DNA of 45,075 nucleotides from Verrucomicrobiales bacterium (GCA_046075565.1 JBJTQJ010000081.1:1-45075); one strand, 5' to 3'; positions 15,251 to 25,337 are shown, counted from the stretch's first letter. Program-made: numbers and translations. The notes: generated from the letters alone by a model not told the origin.

Positions 15251-17722
15251 ATGGAACTCCTGACCAACCGCCGCAAGGTCCGCCTTTACCGCCAGCCGTT
15301 CTGGCGCAAGCGCTGGTTTCTAATGCTATTCGTCTGGGGAGCCGTAGCGGCGGTAGCTATGGTCTTGCTCGGGCTTATTTTGATCCGCCCCTACTACGAG
15401 GAGGCTCAGACGTACGATTTGAGCAAGATCGACGACCTGCAAATCGCGTCGGTCATCTATGATCGCAACGGCACGGAAATCGGCCGAATTTACGAAGATG
15501 AAAACCGCGAATTGGTCACCTTGAACGAGGTGCCGATGCATCTGGTGGACGCGCTTGTTTCAGTCGAGGACTCCCGGTTTTATCAACACAAGGGGGTAGA
15601 TTACGTTGGTATCATCCGGGCGGTGTTCTTGAACCTGAAGGCCGGCGAAACCACCCAAGGGGCGAGCACGATTACCCAGCAACTGGCCCGTAATGCCTAT
15701 GATCTGAAGCAGCGTTCCATCAAACGCAAACTCGTGGAAGCTTTTCTTGCGCACCGCATCGAGCAGAACTTCACCAAGCAGAAGATTCTCGAACTCTATC
15801 TCAACCGCATATTCTTCGGCCCGAGCGCCTACGGTATCCGGTCGGCATCCCGCGTGTATTTCAGCAAGCGCCCGGTGGACTTGACGGTTGAGGAAGCGGC
15901 GACCATCTGCGGCCTGATCAAGAGTCCGGTTCGGCTTTCCCCACTGCGTAATCCCGAGGGTTCGCTGACTGCGCGCAACTACGTGCTCGACCGCATGCTT
16001 GAGGAAGGGAAGCTTTCGGCGCCCGATCATGCCACCTGCAAAGCCAAGCCGCTGGTTACCAATCCGGATACCGCCATCACGCGATATCCTTATGCCTACG
16101 AGGAAATCCGCACTCGGCTGCTTGAAGAATTGCCGGAAGAAGAAGTGGCACGCGGGGGATTCCACATTTATACCACGTTGGACTCGGATCTGCAACGCGT
16201 GGCGCAGCAAAGTCTGCGGCGTCAACTCGACAAGGTCGAACAACGGCCCGAGTATGCCGGGCAGACTTATGCCGCTTTCGGGGAGGCCGAAACACTGGCC
16301 CGTGCGAACCAACAAGAACCGCCTCGTCCGGACTACTTGCAAGGCTCGGTGCTGGTTGTGGATAACAAAACGGGAGGCATCCTCTGTATGGTCGGCGGGC
16401 GCGATTATGCGGACAATAAATTCAACATCGCCCTGCGATCCCGACGCGCGGCCGGCACCGGATTCCTTCCCTTTGTCTATGCCGCTGCTTTCGCCGATGG
16501 TCTTTATCCCGGCACCCGGGTGGATGATGCGCCGCTTGATGCCAACCGCGTGATGATCGGCGGCCTGGTGGGCATTTTGGGAGAATGGGGCGTGGAGACG
16601 AGCGCAAATTTCCACCGCGGTCTTATGCCCGCGCGCCAGGCGCTCGCGCAATCAAAGCTGGCGGCCACATTCCGTGTCGGCCTGAAGGTGGGTCTGCCGA
16701 AGATCGTCGCTCTCGCCCGCGCCAGCGGCATCGGCTTTTCTCCCGAGCGCGAGCGTATGCCCGCCACCATGCTCGGCCAGTCGGAGACCACTCTCGGCGA
16801 GTATTGCCTGGCTTACACGACGTTTCCCAATGGCGGCCGTCGCCCGAAGGAGTTGCATCTTATCCGCCGCGTGGTCAACCAGGATGGCGAGATTGTTCTC
16901 GCGGATAAAAGCACACCCGAACCGACGGTCACGGCCATGGATCCCATCGCCGCCCACCAGACATGGACGGCCCTGCGCGATGCTCTCGATACCGGAACCG
17001 GAGCCAAGGCCCGCGGTGACTATGGTCTCGTAGGTGGACCGTTCGCCGGTAAAACCTCCACCGCTTACAATTTCACCGACAACTGGTTCATCGGCTCCAG
17101 CGACAAACTCACTTGCGGCGTGTGGTGCGGGTTCATCAATCCGAAAATGATCTTCGCCGGGGCATTTTCGAGCGACACGATTTTGCCGGTGTGGGTCGAT
17201 GTGATGAACGCTGCCGCCCAGACATGGAAGCCGATGCCTCCCCCACCGCCCGCCGATGCCCGCAGGGTGGAGATTTGCCGCTTGAGCGGGCAACCTGCCG
17301 GTGATTATTGCTACGACATGGTTCCCGATTCCAAGGGCGGCAAACCGCGTTTGGTGCGCGCCGCCTATGACGAATACGTGCGGCCCGGAACGGAGATCGA
17401 AGGGCGCTGCGAACTGCACCAGAAAGATTCCGATCTCGTCGCCGGTCTACTCAGCGCGGCAGAGTTGAAGGATAGCGAAAGCGCGCCCGATCTTTCCCTC
17501 AATGCGATCATTCCCGAAGTGCCGCTTCTTGTGGGGGTGGATCCCTATGGATCTATGCAATCCCCCGTGCAACGCGCCACCGGGCCCCAGGAGGCCACGC
17601 CGGTGATGGTCCCACGTGTGATTGGCGAAGATGGTCAGGAAGTGCCGGCCGTGGAAAAGGCGGATGAATTCCTTTCCTTCCCCTTGCCGCGCCCGGAGAG
17701 GCTCGAATTGACCGACGAGTGA
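15251..17722 (+). CDS. Class A penicillin-binding protein (GT51 transglycosylase + degenerate transpeptidase domain)
   Basis: N-terminal TM; GT motifs EDSRFYQHKGVD, QGASTITQQLARN, RKLVE, ILELYLN; TP-fold motifs read TGFL, SKL, KTS. Confidence 0.9.
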   Translation: MELLTNRRKVRLYRQPFWRKRWFLMLFVWGAVAAVAMVLLGLILIRPYYEEAQTYDLSKIDDLQIASVIYDRNGTEIGRIYEDENRELVTLNEVPMHLVDALVSVEDSRFYQHKGVDYVGIIRAVFLNLKAGETTQGASTITQQLARNAYDLKQRSIKRKLVEAFLAHRIEQNFTKQKILELYLNRIFFGPSAYGIRSASRVYFSKRPVDLTVEEAATICGLIKSPVRLSPLRNPEGSLTARNYVLDRMLEEGKLSAPDHATCKAKPLVTNPDTAITRYPYAYEEIRTRLLEELPEEEVARGGFHIYTTLDSDLQRVAQQSLRRQLDKVEQRPEYAGQTYAAFGEAETLARANQQEPPRPDYLQGSVLVVDNKTGGILCMVGGRDYADNKFNIALRSRRAAGTGFLPFVYAAAFADGLYPGTRVDDAPLDANRVMIGGLVGILGEWGVETSANFHRGLMPARQALAQSKLAATFRVGLKVGLPKIVALARASGIGFSPERERMPATMLGQSETTLGEYCLAYTTFPNGGRRPKELHLIRRVVNQDGEIVLADKSTPEPTVTAMDPIAAHQTWTALRDALDTGTGAKARGDYGLVGGPFAGKTSTAYNFTDNWFIGSSDKLTCGVWCGFINPKMIFAGAFSSDTILPVWVDVMNAAAQTWKPMPPPPPADARRVEICRLSGQPAGDYCYDMVPDSKGGKPRLVRAAYDEYVRPGTEIEGRCELHQKDSDLVAGLLSAAELKDSESAPDLSLNAIIPEVPLLVGVDPYGSMQSPVQRATGPQEATPVMVPRVIGEDGQEVPAVEKADEFLSFPLPRPERLELTDE

Positions 17723-17827
17723 GTCTTCTCCCTGCGGAAAGACAATTGGCGAAATACAGCTCTTCCGGCGGACGTAGTAAACGGGTGCCCGTCCATCAAC
17801 GATGGTCCGGCAGAATTTCTGAAACGA

Positions 17828-19363
17828 ATGACCTTCCGCTGCTTGCCGTTTTTTCTCTTCGGTCTCGCCCCACTGGGGGCTGCTCCCGCCGTGGTAGAGC
17901 CCGGCGCTTCAGCCCCGCAGCCGGTCATCCCGATGCGCACGGAAAGAACGGGGCGGCTGCCTCTGCGCGAGGTGATTCGCCTGACCCTCGAGCGCAATCC
18001 GCTCATCGAGATCCGCCGGGAAGCGGTGGCTGCTGCCTGGGCGGGAGAGGTGGAAGCGGATGCGGCTTTTGATCCAACATTGTCCGCCACCCTCGATGCC
18101 GGGAAGACCCGTCAGGCGTCGGCCGCTTCGGAGTTGGACGGTTCCAGCCAACCGGAGAGCGATGCCTTTGGGGCGACCACCGGAGTCGAAAAGCCGATGC
18201 GCGACGGCAGCTCGGTCGGCGTCGAATGGGACGCGCTCGACCGGAGTTCGACCAACTCCTCATTTTCCAGTTTGAATCCCTCCTACGATTCCGCATTGCG
18301 CCTGACGCTGAGGAAACCACTTCTTCGCGGCTCGGGTAGGGAAGTTCGTTTTCCGATGGAGTTTGCCCGCCTCGATTCCTTGCGTACGGCGGAAGAATGG
18401 CGGGCCGAAATCGAGGAGGTTTTACTCGATGTGGAGAAGTCGTATTGGGAAATCCAGGCGCGCTCTTTGGAAAAAGGGATCCGCGAGCAGGGGCTTGAAC
18501 TCGCCCGCTTGATCCTTGAAGAGACGGAAGCGCGCGGCAGCACCAAAGTCGAAGTCCTCGAAGCACGGGCCAATGTCGTGCGCCGCGAAGCGGGTATCGC
18601 CCAGGCGAAAAAGGATTACGACGACGCGCTTGATGAACTCTTCCGGCTCGCCGGACTGATCGGGCAAAGCGAACCCGGCGCGCTTGCCCTCGATGCGTTG
18701 CCCGCCGCCGAAGGACCCGTGCCGGACACGGGGGCAAGTTATGCCGATGCCATCGCGAATGGAGTCGAAGCCCGCCTCGAAGAGAACGCGCTTCAAGCCG
18801 CCCGCGTGGAAATGGAACGGGCAAAACTCGGTCTTCGTCCCACCCTCGACCTCGCGGCTTCCGGCGGCGTGCTCGGGCGGGACGGGAGCTACGGGCCATC
18901 CAACAAGGCCATGATCGAAGGCGACGGCCGATTCTACCAGGCCGGTCTCGAATTGCGTTTCCCATGGGATCTGCGCGCGGAAAAAGCCCGCCTCAAACAG
19001 GCCGAGAGCCGGTTGAAGCAGGAAAACGGGCGCATCGAAAATGCCCGGCTGGAACTTTTCACCAGCATGAGGGAGATCACACGCCGCGTGAGCACCGGGC
19101 TCGAATTGCTGCGTGCCGCCGCCACGGCCGTGGAACTCAATCGCGCGCGTTTCGAGGAACAACGTGCACGACGCGCGGCCGGCGAGGCCATCCTGCGCGA
19201 CGTGCTGGAAGCGCAGACCGCGCTTGATGTCGCGTTGCTTGAAGAACTGCGCGCGCGCCTCGATGTGATCTCGGCACGCCTGGAACTCGAACGCGCGCGC
19301 GGAATGCTTCCGGCCCGGCATGGTCTCGCGCTCGACCTACGTGTTTCTTCTCCCGACTTATGA
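17828..19363 (+). CDS. TolC-family outer membrane efflux protein
   Basis: Signal peptide, LERNP, FDPTLSA, LTLRKPLLRG, VEKSYW, RPTLDL, LELRFPW, coiled-coil helices. Confidence 0.9.
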   Translation: MTFRCLPFFLFGLAPLGAAPAVVEPGASAPQPVIPMRTERTGRLPLREVIRLTLERNPLIEIRREAVAAAWAGEVEADAAFDPTLSATLDAGKTRQASAASELDGSSQPESDAFGATTGVEKPMRDGSSVGVEWDALDRSSTNSSFSSLNPSYDSALRLTLRKPLLRGSGREVRFPMEFARLDSLRTAEEWRAEIEEVLLDVEKSYWEIQARSLEKGIREQGLELARLILEETEARGSTKVEVLEARANVVRREAGIAQAKKDYDDALDELFRLAGLIGQSEPGALALDALPAAEGPVPDTGASYADAIANGVEARLEENALQAARVEMERAKLGLRPTLDLAASGGVLGRDGSYGPSNKAMIEGDGRFYQAGLELRFPWDLRAEKARLKQAESRLKQENGRIENARLELFTSMREITRRVSTGLELLRAAATAVELNRARFEEQRARRAAGEAILRDVLEAQTALDVALLEELRARLDVISARLELERARGMLPARHGLALDLRVSSPDL

Positions 19364-20496
19364 GACGATTCATCCAATTCTTTCTCCTTGTTGCAGCCAT
19401 CGCCGGTGCCGCCTTTTATGTGGTGCGCGGCTTGCGTCCCCCGGTTGAGAATCCCGACGCGCGCTTGCGTGTGGCGGCCGTGACGGTCGAGGACTTGGTC
19501 CGCGAGGTCCGGATCGTGGGCACCGTCACTCCGGTCGTGCTCACCGAGATCAAATCAGAAATCGGCGGGCGGGTGGAGACCGTGCGCGTCGAGAACGGCC
19601 AGGAAGTCAAAAAGGGTGACCTTTTGATCGAACTGGATCGGCGCGAGTTGACCGCCGAGATCGAGGAGCTGAAGCGTTCCATGGTGTCCGTACGTTTGTT
19701 AGCAGAAAAAGCGACCCGGGATCACGAGCGGGAGAAGGGACTCCGGGAAAAAGATTTCTCCACTGAACAGGAATTGCTTGATGCCGCGACGGAGATGGCA
19801 TTGCGTGAAAACGAACTGAGCATCCAGGAAGCGCGCCTCGCGACCCTTGAAGAGAAACTGGCAAAGACCCGCTTGATGGCGCCCCACGATGGGGTGGTGC
19901 TGAATCTCGACCTCACGCCCGGACGTGTGCTCGTGGGGGCGAATAGTTTCTCCAAAGGAGACGTGCCAATGGAGGTGGCGGATTTGTCGCGCCTGCGCAT
20001 CGAGGCCAAGGTCAACGAGGTGGACCTGGCGGTGTTGCGGCTGAAGCAAAAGGCCAAGGTGACATTCGCCAGCATCCCCGGTCTGGAAGCCGAGGCCGAA
20101 GTGGTGAATATCTCACCTTCGGCCGAAAAACGCGACCCCAACCAGCGCGGATGGGGGCAACCCGAGAGTGTTCTTTTTCCCGTCCGTCTCTACTTTTCGG
20201 CTCCCGACGAACGCGTCCGTCCCGGGATCTCGGCGCTGGCCACCATCACCGCCGAGCGGGTTCGCGAGGCGACCGTCGCTCCGGTCGCCGCCGTCTTCCG
20301 ATCGAACAATGAGAGTTTCGTTTTCCGCCGGAGCAAAGCGGGTGCCTGGGAGAAGGTCGGGGTGGAGTTGGGCCTCACCAGTCGTGACAAGATTCAGGTC
20401 CGCGGAGGTCTCGGGAAAGATGATGAGGTCGCCCTGGGCTTGCCGCAGGAATTTGATCCCCGCGCAAACCCGACCAATGCTCCCGCCAAGCCATGA
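19360..20496 (+). CDS. MacA-like periplasmic adaptor (membrane fusion protein)
   Basis: IKSEIGGRVETVRVENGQEVKKGDLLIELD, APHDGVV, VNEVDL; ATGA overlap with tolC. Confidence 0.92.
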   Translation: MRRFIQFFLLVAAIAGAAFYVVRGLRPPVENPDARLRVAAVTVEDLVREVRIVGTVTPVVLTEIKSEIGGRVETVRVENGQEVKKGDLLIELDRRELTAEIEELKRSMVSVRLLAEKATRDHEREKGLREKDFSTEQELLDAATEMALRENELSIQEARLATLEEKLAKTRLMAPHDGVVLNLDLTPGRVLVGANSFSKGDVPMEVADLSRLRIEAKVNEVDLAVLRLKQKAKVTFASIPGLEAEAEVVNISPSAEKRDPNQRGWGQPESVLFPVRLYFSAPDERVRPGISALATITAERVREATVAPVAAVFRSNNESFVFRRSKAGAWEKVGVELGLTSRDKIQVRGGLGKDDEVALGLPQEFDPRANPTNAPAKP

Positions 20497-21203
20497 ATCA
20501 GCCCGCGGCACAATCCGTTTTCCAGTTCGTCAATGTGGCGAAACGATACCAGATGGGCGAGGAGACTGTCCACGCCCTGCGTGACGCCTGTCTGGAAGTT
20601 AGGAGGGGTGATTTCCTTGCCGTGCTCGGGCCTTCCGGTTCCGGCAAATCAACCCTCATGCACATCATGGGGATGATGGATCAACCGACCGCCGGGCGGG
20701 TGACTTTTGATGGCGAGGACGTGACGCGCGCGCGGCCATCGCGACGTGCGACCCTGCGGCGGGAGAAGATCGGATTCGTTTTCCAGGCGTTCAATCTTCT
20801 GCCGCGCTTGAGCGTGCTGGAGAATGTGCTCGTGCCATTGCTTTACCAGCGTATCCATGGCAAACAAGCGCACACCGCCGCCCACGCCGTGCTCGAAACC
20901 GTCGGATTAGCCGATCGGATCAAACACATGCCGACGCAGCTTTCCGGTGGCCAGCGCCAGCGCGTCGCCATCGCGCGCGCACTCGTGAACAATCCGCGGG
21001 TCATTCTCGCCGACGAACCGACGGGCAATCTCGACTCCACCAGCGCCGCGAGAGTGCTGGATGTTTTCACCCGCTTGCACGAGCAGGGGCGCACCGTCGT
21101 GCTCGTGACCCACGACCCGAAGGTCGCGGGGCATGCGCGCCGACGCGTGCTGGTGGAAGACGGACGTGTCTCCGAGGAGGCGGAGTTGGCCACGCGCGCC
21201 TGA
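20493..21203 (+). CDS. ABC transporter ATP-binding protein (MacB/LolD type)
   Basis: Walker A GPSGSGKST, IGFVFQAFNLLP, LSGGQRQRVAIARAL, ILADEPTGNLD, VTHD. Confidence 0.96.
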   Translation: MNQPAAQSVFQFVNVAKRYQMGEETVHALRDACLEVRRGDFLAVLGPSGSGKSTLMHIMGMMDQPTAGRVTFDGEDVTRARPSRRATLRREKIGFVFQAFNLLPRLSVLENVLVPLLYQRIHGKQAHTAAHAVLETVGLADRIKHMPTQLSGGQRQRVAIARALVNNPRVILADEPTGNLDSTSAARVLDVFTRLHEQGRTVVLVTHDPKVAGHARRRVLVEDGRVSEEAELATRA

Positions 21204-21214
21204 ATTGATTCTGC

Positions 21215-22483
21215 ATGTTCGGGATGATCTCTAATGGCATCAGGGTGGGATGGCGGGAAATCATCGCCAATCCCGCCCGTTCGCTGCTGACCGTCTCCGG
21301 AATCGTGCTCGGGGTGGCGGCATTGGTCACGACCATCAGCATCGTGACAGGGATGTTCTCATTTTGGGACGTGGAGATGCGCGAATCGGGCGGGGTGGAG
21401 AAGTTTACCATTCAGCCGGGCGCGCCCCCGGCATCCCAAGCCGAAGAAGAGGGGAGATCGCCGGGCATGACGACGGATGATGCGGTGGCAATCCGGGAAA
21501 CATGTGGTCCGCTGGTCGGAGTCTCGCCGGAGGCCACGGAAATCCGGTGGATCATCCGGGCAAGCGGGCGATCCCACAGCGGTAGATTGAAAGGAGTGAT
21601 ACCGGAGTATTTCGGACTGCATAATTACACGGCCGCAGAAGGCCGGTTGATTAGCCAACTGGATATCGACAACGCCGCCGCGGTGATCGTGCTCTCGGCA
21701 GAGGCGCGGAACGATCTCTTTCCCGACCGTGACACCGCGCTCGGTGAAGCCGTGATCATGCGCGGCCAACCGTTCACGGTCATCGGCGTGCTTTCCGACT
21801 ATGAATTGAACATGAATTTCGGTGGTGGTCAGTTCAATTTCCTCAGTTGGAAGAACAGCGGGAGCTATATCCCGCTCACCTCGTTGCAGCGCCGCCTGCG
21901 CGGTCAACAACCCGGAAGACCATGGAATAGCATCGATGAGATGGACGTGAAAGTCGTGGATGTTGCCGACCTCCAGCATATCAAACTGCAAGTCGAGAAT
22001 ACGTTGCTCTCCACCCATCTTGGCATCAAGGATTTCGCCATCGAGACGAAGGAGGAGGAAATCGAGAGGTTTCATAATTCGCGGGTCACGTATTTCGCCG
22101 CCCTCGGCGGGGTCGGAGCGATTTCCCTCATTGTCGGCGGTCTGGGGATCATGAATGTGATGCTCGCTTCGGTGAGCGATCGCCTGCGTGAAATCGGGAT
22201 CCGGAAAGCGGTGGGGGCCTCCGATCTCGACATTTTCCTGCAGGTGGTTGTCGAGGCCGCCACCCTGAGTCTGCTCGGTGGTCTCGCGGGCATGACCCTG
22301 AGCATCGCCCTGGTCGATACCCTCAAGGATGCCTTGGCTGGCACCCGATTGAATCCCGAATTATCCACCGGAGCCCTCTTTTTCGGATTTGCCTTCAGCG
22401 CCGTCGTCGGGATGCTGGCGGGGATTTATCCGGCAATCAAGGCGGCTCGGCTTGACCCGATCGATGCTCTCCGCTACGAGTAA
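21215..22483 (+). CDS. ABC transporter permease (MacB/FtsX type)
   Basis: RSLLTVSGIVLGV, ISLIVGGLGIMNVML, REIGIRKAVGA, GIYPAIKAARLDPIDALRYE. Confidence 0.95.
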   Translation: MFGMISNGIRVGWREIIANPARSLLTVSGIVLGVAALVTTISIVTGMFSFWDVEMRESGGVEKFTIQPGAPPASQAEEEGRSPGMTTDDAVAIRETCGPLVGVSPEATEIRWIIRASGRSHSGRLKGVIPEYFGLHNYTAAEGRLISQLDIDNAAAVIVLSAEARNDLFPDRDTALGEAVIMRGQPFTVIGVLSDYELNMNFGGGQFNFLSWKNSGSYIPLTSLQRRLRGQQPGRPWNSIDEMDVKVVDVADLQHIKLQVENTLLSTHLGIKDFAIETKEEEIERFHNSRVTYFAALGGVGAISLIVGGLGIMNVMLASVSDRLREIGIRKAVGASDLDIFLQVVVEAATLSLLGGLAGMTLSIALVDTLKDALAGTRLNPELSTGALFFGFAFSAVVGMLAGIYPAIKAARLDPIDALRYE

Positions 22484-22527
22484 GAGCTGCATCGGTTCCA
22501 CCGGTGCCCATCCCCCCGAACGATTCC

Positions 22528-23949
22528 ATGTCCCATTGGATCCTCTGCGACTGTCCGCACTGCGGAAATACCCTGCGCATCGACGCCACCACGGCGGACG
22601 AATGGACGCAGTGTCCCGCCTGCCGAAGACACTCCCGCATTCCGGACCTGCTGGCACTGCACCTTGAGGCATCAGGAGCGGAAGCCACCGAACCGGGTGG
22701 CCGGGAGTCCGGTTTCGCATGGGCAGGCACGGGCTTCAGCCCTGTCTCCCGAGAGAGGGAGACGGTCGCCGAGGAATTTCCCGTTTACGAGGACTTGCCG
22801 GACGTGGAGACCCAACCGGAGGCGCTGGAGGAGGCGTTCCACATCGACTCCGGGACTTTTTCTGGCTACGCAGGAGAGGGGGAGGGGCAGGTTGAGGACG
22901 CCGAATCCACAGAACCGCAAGAAGAACCCCTGGAATTTGATTACAGCACCCTTGATGAGGAGCAACTGGCCGACGATGCGAAGCCAAAACGTGAAAAGAC
23001 CCGGAAACGCCGCTTCGGATTGTTCGGGGAGACTCCCGAATGGGAAGATGAGGATCCCCGCTTCCGTGGGCGCGATTTGGCTGGAAAACGGGTGATTGCC
23101 ACCGGGGTGGGCATCGTGGTCGTGGGCGCCGCCCTGCTCGGGGTGGTCATGTTTCACTCGGGCGGTCGCACCGGAGGCGAAGCCAGCGAGGGTGGAAATG
23201 GCTTGCCACCGATTGTTCTTCCAACGGATGGAGCGCCCATGTCCATGGAGGAAGCGAAGGAGAAACTGAATCTCGCGCTCCAAACCCGCCCGCTGGAGAC
23301 CATCGCCATCATCAAACCCACCATCGAAGCGTTTCTGAATGCCACCGATTTGGAGCAGCGGATCAAAACCGTCCGTGAACCCGAACGTTTGCGGCCGGTC
23401 ATGGAGGAATATTACCAAAGCCATACCGATGGCCCGATTTCCTTTCTCCGGGTCGATGATCAACAGGAGACGGTTGATTACCGGGGGAACCTTCTCGTCC
23501 TCCCTGTGCTCATGCGGGATTACTCGAAGAAACAAATCGCCATCGAATACACCGGCGCGGGATTTCTCATCGATTGGGAGAGTTTTGTCGGCTATGGGGA
23601 AATGCCCGTCGAGCGTTTCCGCGAGGAAATACCTTACCGTCCGGTGATGATGCGCGTGAGTTTTGGGCCGGCCGTGCCGCCATATTTCAACTACGGATTT
23701 ACCGATGAGGAGAATCTGGAATGCCATCTGCTGACATTTCCCGATGAATCCTATGTTTTTGGCTACACTTTGAAATTCAGCCCGATATCAAACCGCCTGC
23801 GTGAATTTCGCGGAAGCGCCCCCTCCTGTATGGCAGTCTTGAGTCTCCGTTACCCAGAGGGCGCGAAGGTCGGTGATCAGGTTTGGATCGAAGACATGAT
23901 CGCCGAAGGTTGGATTCTGCACGAGGCCACACGCGCCAACAAACCATGA
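22528..23949 (+). CDS. Hypothetical bitopic membrane protein with N-terminal zinc ribbon
   Basis: CPHC...CPAC at the N-terminus, long acidic linker, basic patch, one TM (VIATGVGIVVVGAALLGVVMF), C-terminal globular domain. Confidence 0.8.
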   Translation: MSHWILCDCPHCGNTLRIDATTADEWTQCPACRRHSRIPDLLALHLEASGAEATEPGGRESGFAWAGTGFSPVSRERETVAEEFPVYEDLPDVETQPEALEEAFHIDSGTFSGYAGEGEGQVEDAESTEPQEEPLEFDYSTLDEEQLADDAKPKREKTRKRRFGLFGETPEWEDEDPRFRGRDLAGKRVIATGVGIVVVGAALLGVVMFHSGGRTGGEASEGGNGLPPIVLPTDGAPMSMEEAKEKLNLALQTRPLETIAIIKPTIEAFLNATDLEQRIKTVREPERLRPVMEEYYQSHTDGPISFLRVDDQQETVDYRGNLLVLPVLMRDYSKKQIAIEYTGAGFLIDWESFVGYGEMPVERFREEIPYRPVMMRVSFGPAVPPYFNYGFTDEENLECHLLTFPDESYVFGYTLKFSPISNRLREFRGSAPSCMAVLSLRYPEGAKVGDQVWIEDMIAEGWILHEATRANKP

Positions 23950-25337
23950 AGTCCGACTTTTCCCCTCCATCCTCCGAAATCCCCACGCCCGACAAGGCTC
24001 TTCAGGTTAACCTCGACCCGCTCTTTTACGGAACCTTCGCGGAGATCGGGGCCGGTCAGGAAGTCGCCGATTGGTTTTTCCGCGTCGGGGGTGCGGCCGG
24101 CACGGTCGCCAAGAGCATGTCTGCCTATGACATGGTCATGAGCGACGCCATTTACGGCAAGACGGCCCGTTATGTTTCCCGCGAGCGACTCATCCACATG
24201 CTCGACCACGAATGGGAAATTCTCCTCGAACGGCTGGCATCAGGACGCGGTGAGAATACGAGATTCTTCGTTTTCGCCGACACGGTCAAGGCACGCGGAT
24301 TCCGCGATCAGGGAGAATGCCACGGCTGGCTGGGCACACGATTCCAATTCGAGCCGGGCGGGCCCGCCAATGAGATTCTCCTCCACGTGCGCCTTCTTGA
24401 CGAGACGGCCACCCAGCAAAGAGAAGCGCTCGGTATGCTCGGCGTGAATCTAATCGATGCCGTTCACCGCCGCGAGTGCACACCCGAGGATCTGTGCGGG
24501 TGTCTGCTCGACGGACTCACGCGCAAGCGGGTGGAACTCGACATGCTCAAATGCCAGGGGCCCGGATTTCCGGATTTGGACAACCGGTTGTGCGCTCTCC
24601 TCCTCGTCGAACGCGGATTGGCGGACGCGGCGATGTTCACCAGCGCCGGCGAGGTGGTGCAACCCGCCGAAGCACTCTACAAAAAACCGGTGGCCGCCCT
24701 GCGGGGTGACTTCCGCCCGCCCACCGTCGTCCACCTCGACATGCTCGCGCGGACCCGGGAAATCATGGAAAAGGTCGGCGGTCAACAGGGGGTGGCCGAG
24801 CTGGCGGAGTTGACCATGAACAATCTGCTCCACCAGGGCGACACCGTGGACAAAAGCGACTTCCTTGCCCGGGCCGAAATGCTCCAGGCCCTCGGCAAAA
24901 GCGTGATGGTATCGAATTTCGCCGAGTTCCACCGGCTCTCCGCCTATTTGCGACGCAGCAATGGCGCTGATGTGGGCCTCGTCGTCGGCTTGCCATTGCT
25001 GGAAACCCTTTTCGAGGAAAAATGGTATTCTGACCTTGAAGGCGGCGCGCTCGAGGGCTTCGGCCGGCTTTTCAAGGACGGCGTGACCTTGCACGTCTAT
25101 CCCTGTTTCGAGGGCGGTCGCGAGCGCTCGCTCGGCGAAGCCCGTTTACCCGCCCCCATGAGACCGCTGTTCGATTTCCTCATGGCCCATGAGCGGATCG
25201 TCGGGCTGCCCTGTGCCGTGCCCGAGGCCCTGCCTTACACTCCAGCAGACGTCCGGGCACTGGTTCTACGGGGAGATCCGCTCTGGCGCCGCCTCGTCCC
25301 CCCCGAGTTGGAATCCGCGCTCCTGGGGAAAAGCTGA
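23946..25337 (+). CDS. Putative nucleotidyltransferase-like protein (family often labelled NMN/NaMN adenylyltransferase or mislabelled TonB-dependent receptor)
   Basis: Recognised family signature KALxVNLD..YGTFAEIGAGQEVA..FF..GGAAGTVAKSMSAYDM; GDFRPPTVVHLDM resembles the GxFxPxTxxH loop; no signal peptide or barrel; ATGA overlap with the upstream gene. Confidence 0.7.
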   Translation: MKSDFSPPSSEIPTPDKALQVNLDPLFYGTFAEIGAGQEVADWFFRVGGAAGTVAKSMSAYDMVMSDAIYGKTARYVSRERLIHMLDHEWEILLERLASGRGENTRFFVFADTVKARGFRDQGECHGWLGTRFQFEPGGPANEILLHVRLLDETATQQREALGMLGVNLIDAVHRRECTPEDLCGCLLDGLTRKRVELDMLKCQGPGFPDLDNRLCALLLVERGLADAAMFTSAGEVVQPAEALYKKPVAALRGDFRPPTVVHLDMLARTREIMEKVGGQQGVAELAELTMNNLLHQGDTVDKSDFLARAEMLQALGKSVMVSNFAEFHRLSAYLRRSNGADVGLVVGLPLLETLFEEKWYSDLEGGALEGFGRLFKDGVTLHVYPCFEGGRERSLGEARLPAPMRPLFDFLMAHERIVGLPCAVPEALPYTPADVRALVLRGDPLWRRLVPPELESALLGKS

